Virus record (IMG/VR): IMGVR_UViG_3300017749_000012
Span: 1 to 53,887 of that record
Strand: one strand, 5' to 3'
DNA length: 53,887 bases
From: a virus
Lineage: Duplodnaviria > Caudoviricetes
Numbering within the stretch: the stretch's first letter is position 1; each line of letters opens with the position of its first letter. The notes beneath the pieces are model-generated. The model searched no databases and was not told the DNA's origin. It was given only the letters and a program-made list of their open reading frames with translations. The position numbers and the translations under genes were made by a program. Positions 48,301 to 53,887 of the stretch are shown one piece after another.

Positions 48301-51300
48301 GTCCCACAGGTGTCGCGGGTATTCAACATGCTAACGAAACGCTTTCATCGTTTTCTATGGTTGACTGCAACGCCATTATGGCCTTTTTCCCCGGCACGGC
48401 TCTCTTGAATCAGCATCGTGGTAGCCTCAATCCACCGTTTTTCAACCAAGACAGCATTCTCAGCCCTGACCTCAAAAGAGGGACTCAAGCAGTCAACGTA
48501 AATCACCCAAATGCAGCACCCTACTCAGCGGGCGTGCACATTCAAGTGCCTGTTCCATTGGTGCTTCGCTTCGCTCATCCGACTGCGCGTTACCACGACC
48601 ACCGTGACAGCACTGAGAACAAAACTACGTTCCTCATTTTTGGCCCCGGTCAGGCCTTCCCATTCACACAAGAAGTAGCAACACCGGTCAACACCTTCGA
48701 ACCAGCACCCGGTCGAGCCATTACGGTTGGTAACACTTGGTCTAAGGTCCCGAGTCACACTGGTAGCAACACGGCTTTCATGCCTAACCACATCATCAAT
48801 GACGCCGGTCATTACATGCCTTGGACCAGCGCGTATCAGACCGACCGGGGTCGCTTCCATTGGCGACAGACTGTCAATTGGGAACCTCCTCAAGGTAAGC
48901 CCAACGTTGCTATCTTGGCTCAGCGTCCTGAGTCCGGGCGCATGTATGGTGAAGTCTTCACTTCAGGCGTGTCGAACCTCACCACTTCTAACGTCCACGA
49001 CTATCGCATGGCTCACCCCAGCCGACATGCCGTCTACATGGGCTTCTCTATGGTCAGTAGTTCAGACTGGTGTTACCACATGGATGGTGGTTATCACCCC
49101 GGTGGTTCATGGCTTGACAATCAAATTACCTTCAACCCACCTCATCCTGATGATGATAGCCGTGTGACGAAAAGCAGCATCAGTGGTAACGAGTTGCACC
49201 CAAGCGCTTTCCGAGTCGCAGGCCCCCTTGCCAAGAAAGTGCTCTACGGGTCATCCGGCTCGTTTGCTGCTGAAACATTGGACAAAGACGACGTTGACAT
49301 GGAATACATCGCCGTTGATGCAACACGCTGTCAAAACAGTGAAGAGATGGCTGCGTTGCTCGGCGCTGCCATCAACGCTTATCCGGGTGGTGGCGCCCTC
49401 AAAGCGATGGGTGGGACCTTCCTCCCAAGTATGGGTAACGCCATGCGTCAGGACCGCTACGGGTGGCGTGAAGTTGAGGGTTCTGACGTCGTGCAATACT
49501 CCAAAGCGACTGCCTTGAGCACGAACCTAAACGCTGCCTTCATCACATTGGATATGGGCTCGAGTAGCGACCACGCCTACAATATCCCTGAGACGGGGTG
49601 GCTGCGCACGACCAGCATCTATGCTACTGGTGTGGGCTCTGAAAACTCACCTGCTTTCGCACCCTACTATGCTCGTATTGTGATGCAATCAGGTAGCGAC
49701 TTCCACGTCAAATTCTTCCTTGGGCAAAACCGTATCACCGGATTCACCGCTTTCGAGAGCGTCGCTACGTGGGACAACCATCTCGACTCCGCTACCTTGA
49801 CGTTCCCCACCATCGCCAACACTGACTCGGGACTCAAGATTTACGTGTGGACCAAGGGCGGCGTTCATCGTTTCCGCAACTCAGCACGCAGCGGCGGCTA
49901 TGATGCTGTTCACTTTAGCGGTCTTGTGGACGCCATTGACCGCACCAAACCTGTCGGTGTTGCAGGTTGGCACGGTGAACGTTACTCCTATCTGAACACG
50001 CTGCAACCTGAATCCAGCAAGTATGCTGCTGGTCTCGGAGCATGGCATTCCTGTCTTGGTTTCTCACCATACGGCGGTAGCATGGGTTGCGCGAGCACGC
50101 TCGGGCATCTGCCCAATATTACTCCGATGCCAAACAGCCCTGAGTCAGGTGAGCCGAATGAGGGTGATGATGGGATTGGCGCTTACCCTACGCCAACCAA
50201 TCCTGACGCTCCACAAGATGCATACAGCATGACAGATAGTTCTCCAACCTACACCGTTGGCTTTTCGGATAGCAGCGACTTCAACACACCACCCGTGATG
50301 GAAAACGAAAATGAGTTGCAGAAGGAGTTGACACACACGCAAGGTGTCTTCTCTCGCGGTTTGCTGGTTGTTGCCCATGAATCTGAACTTGCACTCATCG
50401 CCAAGACAGACCGCGACGGACAGAAGTGCATTGGGGATTGGTTGCGTCTTGCTGACGCCTCAGACCTAACCAAGGCTGGCACCACTCGTTGGGATGACCG
50501 TATTCACGGTCAAGACCGTTTCTACGCTCCAGCAAATGCTGGACCGAACGTTGAGGCACTGATTCACAACGCTACGACGCGTCCGAGCATTTCCGATTAC
50601 ACCGCCTCAAACGCCCTCGACGCTGCTCCGTTCAATGCAGCCTTCTTTTTCAATACGGCAATCACCGCTGACCTCGAACTGGACAACGCTGAACCGTGCC
50701 TCATGAAAACCGGCGACCTCTTTTTCGACCTTGACAAGAGCATCGGCTCCCACTTTTCAGCCAGCGCCGGGGCGCAGCGAAACGTCGCTGCCGATTTCTA
50801 TTCTTCCGCGTCAACTCAACCCTCCACGCTCTTCGGTGGTAACAAGCAGAAGAACTCGTTTTGGGTTGGTGACGTCAACGCATATGACATGTATGTGCGC
50901 TCGCCTGCTGAGAACTTCAACGTTGAGCATGTTGTGTGGAAGCGTATGGATGGAGGTAGCCTCTCTATGCCAGCAGTCAACGCACGAGGCCTCGGTGCTG
51001 TCCCATGGGTCAACCGCGTAAGTGGTGGTGTTGGTTACACGACTGGTGAGAAGTTGCTCGGAAACGTCCGTTTTTCCTTTGAGACAACCAACAGCGCCAT
51101 GCTCCCTATCATACAGGCTCAGGAACTCAGTCACCCTCAATTGGCTGAGAAGCACCCCATGCTACTGAAGAACGCACTTGAAATTCCCAACGAACACCTA
51201 CAGTTCGAGGACATGAGCGTTGTTGATGATACAGGGCAATCGCATACGCTTAGCGGCGGTTCACCGTTAGGTGTGGTGATTCGGGCATTCAGCGCGGCAG

Positions 51301-53887
51301 GTGAACGCCTTGCCAGTGGATTGGCACCGTCAGTTGCCAACACCTCGACGTCCCCCAACCTCTTGGTGCAACTACCTGACCCTGAGTCCATCCCCGGTAA
51401 TATCATCGTTCGTAGTGGGTTTGACCGCTTACAGGCTTACCAAAACGAGACTATGGGTGATGGTGGTATGCTACACCCAGACCTCGGTGCAAGTCACATT
51501 GGGCATCTGTTTGACAATGCAGTCAAGGGACCTCGCTTTGGTCCGACAATGAACGAGGTCGGTTGGGAACATATGGCGGATGGTGCAGCGTTCCCCGATA
51601 GCAGCAAAGATGGCTGGGTTGAGGCAACCGGTAATCGAACCCTGCAGTCCTCCTACGAACAACACGACCGCACTTTGTTCTTCCACGTCACGAAGATGGG
51701 GCACAGCCACAGCGAGCGCTTCAACGCAGTGTATTCACACAGCAATGGCGTGGAGTCGCAGTCATTGACCATCAGTTCCTACAGCAGCGGCACACTGACC
51801 GTATCTGCAACTGTCAACACTCGATTGTTTGACGCTGATTTCGGAACAAAGGAAGTCAGCGACAACCGACGTTTCTTACGCCTATCAAGTGGTAGCGATT
51901 CGTGCGTTGTCTCCTACACCGGTATCAGCGGTGTCACATTCACTGGTGTCGTTGGTGACATCGACTTCACTCAGTTCATCGCTGACCACCCCAACGCTTC
52001 TGTTGCACCTTCCTATTACATTCCTGCCGGTAGCACTCGCTTCTTTGCAGCACGTCGTCTACGCGACCATGCTGAGGTCAGCGGTAACAGTCCTGACATG
52101 GCTCACACCGAGTATGCTTCAGGTAATCAAAACACGCTTATCATTGACCGTTACAACAAGCCGCAACTGACGCCAATGCCGATGCCTCGCATGGGTCATC
52201 ATTTTGTCAACGCAACAATGCCAATGCTACCCGGACACTGGGCACATCCCGCCTATCAGGGGCTTTATGGCAAACATGAGTCTGAGCGTCGCGCCGCACT
52301 GCAAGACCCTGACTTGATTCGTTTGCTGGATGCTACCACTCCGACTATGACAACGTTGGGTGCTGAACTTACCGACTACTTCCACCCCCTCAATCCGCAA
52401 CTGCGTATTGGTAGTCTCACAGCCACACCAAGTGGGCCGAGTGACATCCATGGCGGTGCGTTCACGTTGATGTTTGAGAGCAAGGTGCGATTTGACGGCT
52501 ATGGCGTCCTTGCGTCCAAGGGCACAGCCGGGGGCATGAACAAGTTGGGAGGTCACTCGATTGTGTTGGAGGCTGGTGGAAACTACACGCAAGACGGTCA
52601 CTTCCCTGACCCTGCCGAGGTTGGTGCTTACCAAATCGTCATCCAGCCCAATCTACGAAAGCAACAAATTGCAGGTTTTCATCACAACAACAGTAACGCT
52701 GCAGCGCTACCTGACGGGTCTGCTCGCGAATTGACTGGTCAACAGGTGAACCTCGTCATCGGTATCAAATACGACTCGGAGCGCGGTGGTTCTGCGATTG
52801 GAGGGGCGACTCTCATCCTTGCTGAAGCGACACTGGCCGATGTGCGTGGTTGTGAAATCTTTGTCAATGAACTCATCCTCGACCATAACCCTGACCACGG
52901 GAGTCAGTTCACCAACATCCCACCGATGTTGCTCTATAACGCACTGGGCGTGCAAGGTAGCGAGTCACCGGCATTTACTCGCCGTAGTCAAGCATACCAT
53001 ACGAGTATGTTCGTAGACGCAACACCGGGGTTCACGCTCAACATTCCTTGGTGGAGCATTGTTCACAAGGTTGGTCCCGATGACAGCACAGCCACTGGGT
53101 TCCGTCACCTGTCCATCTACCGTCTTGACAATTACTACGAGTTCTGCCGAGCGTCACACGGTGCAGTCGGGGCTCAATTGACGTTGGCGGGCTATCCGTC
53201 CATCAGTCCCGACTTCTACTCCAAGGTGCTGGCCAATGCGTCCCTCACACCAACTGCTACTGTGCAAAGCAAGGGTAGCGGTTACATCCAAGTCGACGAC
53301 GCATCACTGTTCCCTGAGGTCCCCTACTACGGTCAGCAACTCATCTACACTGCTGCTGATGGCAACACAGTGACTCAGGCTTACACCAAGCGCACGGGCA
53401 CGACGCACGCCAGCGCTACAATGAATCAACCCTACCGCTTCATCATTAGCGGCACATCAAGTGTGCCCGACGGCGCCGTGCTGCGGCTCACTCAACCTTA
53501 CAGTCGTGAGGTCACGACCGCTCTTGTCACCAGCACGAAGGGAGTTATGCCTCGCAACATTGACCAATTGCGGGGCGGCACTCGGGACACAAACAGTCTC
53601 TACATGCCCGACGCCTTTGTGTGTGCATGGAGCCCAAATCTTGGTCGCCCTCACACATTCTATTCCGATGGTAGCCGGACATGGGGCACTCCCACAAGTG
53701 ACCGTGCTGTCAACAAGGCCGCCTACAATAGCATGCCTGAACACTATGAGACAATCCACTACCATGGTGTCAACTATGCAGCAAGCCTCGGTCCACTCAA
53801 CCTTGATTTCAAGACACCTAAGCCGCCCAATCAGTTTTCAGGCACCTTCAGTTCAGTGACCGGCTCACCATCAGTCATCACGATGTC
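39306..53887 (+). CDS. Giant tail tip/fibre or adhesin-like protein, >4,860 aa, with an N-terminal LamG/concanavalin-like domain (3' truncated)
   Basis: GAGGTGA SD, ATG at 39306 (MPIMLQSNHALFFDGVSD..IEAWVTP..LYINGEL..YIGG..FRG). Spot checks at about 45000 and 53820 are in the same frame, and the ORF track lists nothing ending in this frame, consistent with no stop. Confidence 0.85.
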   Translation, partial: MPIMLQSNHALFFDGVSDGVIIPQGAFSGLGRDSADGDRSASDIISESSQGARVGSIISDAIGGELAIEAWVTPDCGGVVLTKSGQFHLSIGNVDTPGPAVFEVNVITDTGVRKIILRTATPVSTGFDGTVYPSTTFGGFEDSYNRFDGAKDDATNLNLNQRPLIHIVAAVSQGYASLYINGELMVEEALPSDFVLPESDDHVYIGGRGGEFRGVVESVHITGVLTDEMKTRSAPLVGNSTLALFRFEEPVAPIEGTYDISSIADSSGLSTITVSANDAKTLATELTGNSVTSGTVDFTKSPYSSGDYSVVDYLTSPGTRRAHAVPHVPYNLLINPGAINRATQKPNQSPPERVRLHNINTDTGALLVSSIHLDFANSTHDSRDDASLHDGLRGVLHSRSAVTGDDYFVVIAADLLLDNGTARPYQPPHLASQLIDRTGQMVLDESDFEQHALVFSSRMATTTSDSNNPFAVAWPNTLDESFQIGHSGRHIFNHVSGHQYLRNMPRANEEILDQQVGNADILELVFDESAKGIDRQFPINSEVDYYRDIAQSRIVDVTSSSVAYEAVDNGLTAANRKLIAIGGAGTNVEFDPFPFMLKGPVPQQVSDVDANMRNHHLRPSATSRIAILEVDLSSYGLASFVEIHYNAIDFTGVSMSKTAPMLMVEKTVPASNHLLTGSTYVIDAIEASLSSGKTLHAPGGIIEVTDAFEGNYAQAVFTHSLIGDNSEGFESDDELDERYTPQNYATVRSEPRRPPQNITASHTTKSGHDSVFHRVIIEAAPPGAYASPRRSPATDLTSPSNGQFDTGIAASSGPVHEVFDIVDNHAILQPTSAQRIFVQPSDRSRSAQLRHVKTEASDGKDSHYVTVMYLMTRALLRSITEEESDGGSRFTKVHCVGINSAAITRDIDEIGSGSPDSHVVKEIDPNAPVVSVTLGGIGQGAYDTNPSFDPSTLSRLPYNTRRGFSCFATAVRVDRDTTAADRIQFIEVRALNNNTDDLKTWGTYPFPKKGRLFLKTGASAEYTSKTGVAFIFTDSSVGTGRFVLPDGSEVGNFYEWVDATGLAAQAGAVASGNADTFSLGEIILGDGDFYMENAASDGTTVNDRMFQSMDTVTHDYQLGTQFASTRALVEIPLFNAQFFESVTESIFPGPDNSLKLHLDPTMTAHTWNPSPVGRRYPETMPADRSAHAAYAYALSQNEHTRSAAIQHKAELVSGKYRLYVSNPTIFPAADINFGGGSEPDYHYVERVQRYQRAFLPTGDWVIYQNDPNTDGYIEFEDESWAFSDGFIRAHETGMLLLVGAGYSSEALVPLEGSPLMPSSAIERRGEYYHDAANVKTQGGNVDYGLRQYVSAVEFKAGPTTNPHAPRIKTGRARGSVLGVTPIMNSSTFTGLVVISLSEEDAALFPNVETNVDGVGNIVYESGDYHFQVSTSSPDGTTRRFIYRGDAAATFSALSGSPTSPDQFRNSILAEDIFNKGGALPNYLDRTQSEFIIDQEVLLERRGFDLGFDVLPDSPSLESTLNIVNSYRPPTARHPWTIKSSPTPNSSAITVTNATHNGLLQASVTGLNVQNADSLYCEVTTTSTGVIRHVLYLGNVTGIAEGQAQSTPSTDTVINLDASMSASALSQMQTAAGDATATLFLRVGINSIMKNDDEAILNRSWLFPYAPGGLRHGDTVWANMTYNNPHAVEGLFAKSRGVYNEALVWSGFNGGLGALATEARDSIPLENFLIGDTCRETAENYVQHINKTVELNYRELGLTSGFPVVAYLDPMLSDDGHSRVLLYDVAHDREFIAFQDLHMQVQSSPKVAEIGFQRHTSANNVTNSTSQIDLAEYSAKYNGGSQHGYTTQIDTLAGYPSQNKYLRNRVRSRFMESAYAHDLANHFAASIMKQPVTGKVTSLVQFYGTGGNGSGYSGATGAATTTPGNGSGLTVNTTVSGGGITAAVINAAGTGYAHNDIITVSGGTGGRFRVRISPSSVSSHLTSIERINQFGKAHGHIVHTGYYTGAAFDERAIGDSILPRTKDAVAIPYWADSLHTFTRKIRSSLDRFIVALTLHREESVRTTVRDPSTLFDTPDGTRVVPAFLALRGIRSGALDLSSHSEQRLQHLKHWTSMDFTRRLTIDCGEIATRDGVTDIEAAAREVVRIINQAGADNARANTTGGETGSAFDPAVWWDSDKAFASKDQGSHMGYFRAHLGRVVQDIKGREGFSVVIHSTVPGATGRNFAVWLDNARGQSPYQPEFLIGHGGRFRTFWCQPDEMSGEAMHPAPMPLNKHGRPFAPVTTLRGYTLPDFSSSDVKPTTDFARRGDEDSDPVMRAISMVSGSGQSMNTVNTESLEAEGYVNTYTEGLRVGSSAVGRVNFGGIVAAGIPGFAPDAGSWGFGRKGDKRFNKHYGDVHNISGDTVASTYTSHVPASQISHDAIGNSPLYAFQFVDHLGNRHAIRIVYRGIDQDFTLDETQLPDTLEDEIVVYIDDRDVGQGGFTIGRHMHGLGDATGRFGANPTNATLASWRGNRWNAVPGVNAAYDCKATYDDANKTLTLVLEAPYDSCPHFDVLGYMGFPMENGVIQVSDPFNDSSAVGNWGHMFSYGSRTRNDNSGAHVFYGVEGERFGSCQAYNNSASVTLATKGFGDSSVDIRALVSSCANWTTLVTDELLAAIITATVNLDNPNVEEGVPFDCRDLFASDGRTFGEWGVADDAIRIRAYNTNRGVRPISDFFSATLHRDMAIQAAHVEHGDIQFVKTTASGVILPTTNRSAPDASIDAGLRAEVGYIPFTVLQVTTKGRGANANTASPVLVDSSNDVVDTEVWSQGLNGHRFTAYSGDRILPMVNNPTLVIDTITGNNIAVKGTNDPWHFVRPAGNKTANSITDGSSAIDHVAAFGSQSLLFYGEDFALVESEAGNPLTQLDAVADTASKDWANKTTGVHIVQRFGDSRAASTAGVRGLGSLHSRPQVFFRGGRDSTDHWVPLFFGGGFSGVTLDINDGSVNDYSEKYTHPYANGPTGVAGIQHANETLSSFSMVDCNAIMAFFPGTALLNQHRGSLNPPFFNQDSILSPDLKRGTQAVNVNHPNAAPYSAGVHIQVPVPLVLRFAHPTARYHDHRDSTENKTTFLIFGPGQAFPFTQEVATPVNTFEPAPGRAITVGNTWSKVPSHTGSNTAFMPNHIINDAGHYMPWTSAYQTDRGRFHWRQTVNWEPPQGKPNVAILAQRPESGRMYGEVFTSGVSNLTTSNVHDYRMAHPSRHAVYMGFSMVSSSDWCYHMDGGYHPGGSWLDNQITFNPPHPDDDSRVTKSSISGNELHPSAFRVAGPLAKKVLYGSSGSFAAETLDKDDVDMEYIAVDATRCQNSEEMAALLGAAINAYPGGGALKAMGGTFLPSMGNAMRQDRYGWREVEGSDVVQYSKATALSTNLNAAFITLDMGSSSDHAYNIPETGWLRTTSIYATGVGSENSPAFAPYYARIVMQSGSDFHVKFFLGQNRITGFTAFESVATWDNHLDSATLTFPTIANTDSGLKIYVWTKGGVHRFRNSARSGGYDAVHFSGLVDAIDRTKPVGVAGWHGERYSYLNTLQPESSKYAAGLGAWHSCLGFSPYGGSMGCASTLGHLPNITPMPNSPESGEPNEGDDGIGAYPTPTNPDAPQDAYSMTDSSPTYTVGFSDSSDFNTPPVMENENELQKELTHTQGVFSRGLLVVAHESELALIAKTDRDGQKCIGDWLRLADASDLTKAGTTRWDDRIHGQDRFYAPANAGPNVEALIHNATTRPSISDYTASNALDAAPFNAAFFFNTAITADLELDNAEPCLMKTGDLFFDLDKSIGSHFSASAGAQRNVAADFYSSASTQPSTLFGGNKQKNSFWVGDVNAYDMYVRSPAENFNVEHVVWKRMDGGSLSMPAVNARGLGAVPWVNRVSGGVGYTTGEKLLGNVRFSFETTNSAMLPIIQAQELSHPQLAEKHPMLLKNALEIPNEHLQFEDMSVVDDTGQSHTLSGGSPLGVVIRAFSAAGERLASGLAPSVANTSTSPNLLVQLPDPESIPGNIIVRSGFDRLQAYQNETMGDGGMLHPDLGASHIGHLFDNAVKGPRFGPTMNEVGWEHMADGAAFPDSSKDGWVEATGNRTLQSSYEQHDRTLFFHVTKMGHSHSERFNAVYSHSNGVESQSLTISSYSSGTLTVSATVNTRLFDADFGTKEVSDNRRFLRLSSGSDSCVVSYTGISGVTFTGVVGDIDFTQFIADHPNASVAPSYYIPAGSTRFFAARRLRDHAEVSGNSPDMAHTEYASGNQNTLIIDRYNKPQLTPMPMPRMGHHFVNATMPMLPGHWAHPAYQGLYGKHESERRAALQDPDLIRLLDATTPTMTTLGAELTDYFHPLNPQLRIGSLTATPSGPSDIHGGAFTLMFESKVRFDGYGVLASKGTAGGMNKLGGHSIVLEAGGNYTQDGHFPDPAEVGAYQIVIQPNLRKQQIAGFHHNNSNAAALPDGSARELTGQQVNLVIGIKYDSERGGSAIGGATLILAEATLADVRGCEIFVNELILDHNPDHGSQFTNIPPMLLYNALGVQGSESPAFTRRSQAYHTSMFVDATPGFTLNIPWWSIVHKVGPDDSTATGFRHLSIYRLDNYYEFCRASHGAVGAQLTLAGYPSISPDFYSKVLANASLTPTATVQSKGSGYIQVDDASLFPEVPYYGQQLIYTAADGNTVTQAYTKRTGTTHASATMNQPYRFIISGTSSVPDGAVLRLTQPYSREVTTALVTSTKGVMPRNIDQLRGGTRDTNSLYMPDAFVCAWSPNLGRPHTFYSDGSRTWGTPTSDRAVNKAAYNSMPEHYETIHYHGVNYAASLGPLNLDFKTPKPPNQFSGTFSSVTGSPSVITM

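Noticed and set aside
39355-53859. Many short ORFs listed after 39.3 kb, suggesting a gene-poor or pseudogenised region
   Set aside because: All are in alternative frames or antisense to the single giant ORF starting at 39306.
1-53887. tRNA, rRNA, CRISPR array, integrase or transposase
   Set aside because: None recognised; the window is almost fully protein-coding. A tRNAscan or Infernal run would be needed to exclude them formally.

Overview
This window is the morphogenesis region of a large tailed archaeal virus (Caudoviricetes, HK97-type head, probably a siphovirus-like tail). It most resembles magroviruses of Marine Group II Euryarchaeota (Poseidoniales). That host assignment is an inference from GGAGGTGA/GGTGA ribosome-binding sites, TATA-like boxes about 22-28 nt before apparently leaderless starts, and the halovirus-like portal, protease and capsid. 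Nearly all genes are on the + strand. The order is: 3' end of an HMG-CoA-lyase-like gene; three putative internal head proteins; an AT-rich, repeat-flanked intergenic element; a membrane module (TM proteins, Arf/Rab-like small GTPase, AbrB-like regulator, Zn protein, FG/Q-rich protein); a TerS candidate; more putative internal proteins; TerL; small basic/Cys-rich proteins; a LAGLIDADG protein; portal; mini-scaffold-like proteins; a ~1,800-aa protein with a degenerate ATP-dependent DNA ligase domain; protease-scaffold; major capsid protein; head completion proteins; tail tube; frameshifted tail chaperones; tape measure; distal tail; and a >4,860-aa LamG-containing protein that the ORF track omits because it has no stop in the window. 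The three most interesting signals are (1) a recurring tag, (P/A)(F/M)(D/E/N)xAWx3-4K, shared by otherwise unrelated proteins and ending in the same hydrophobic-hydrophobic-K|A/S site as the capsid N-terminus, suggesting a capsid cargo-loading and processing system; (2) a viral small-GTPase and membrane-protein cluster that could be an egress or membrane-remodelling system; and (3) the apparently catalytically dead ligase. All family assignments come from motif recognition; no searches were run. No tRNA, rRNA or CRISPR array was seen.
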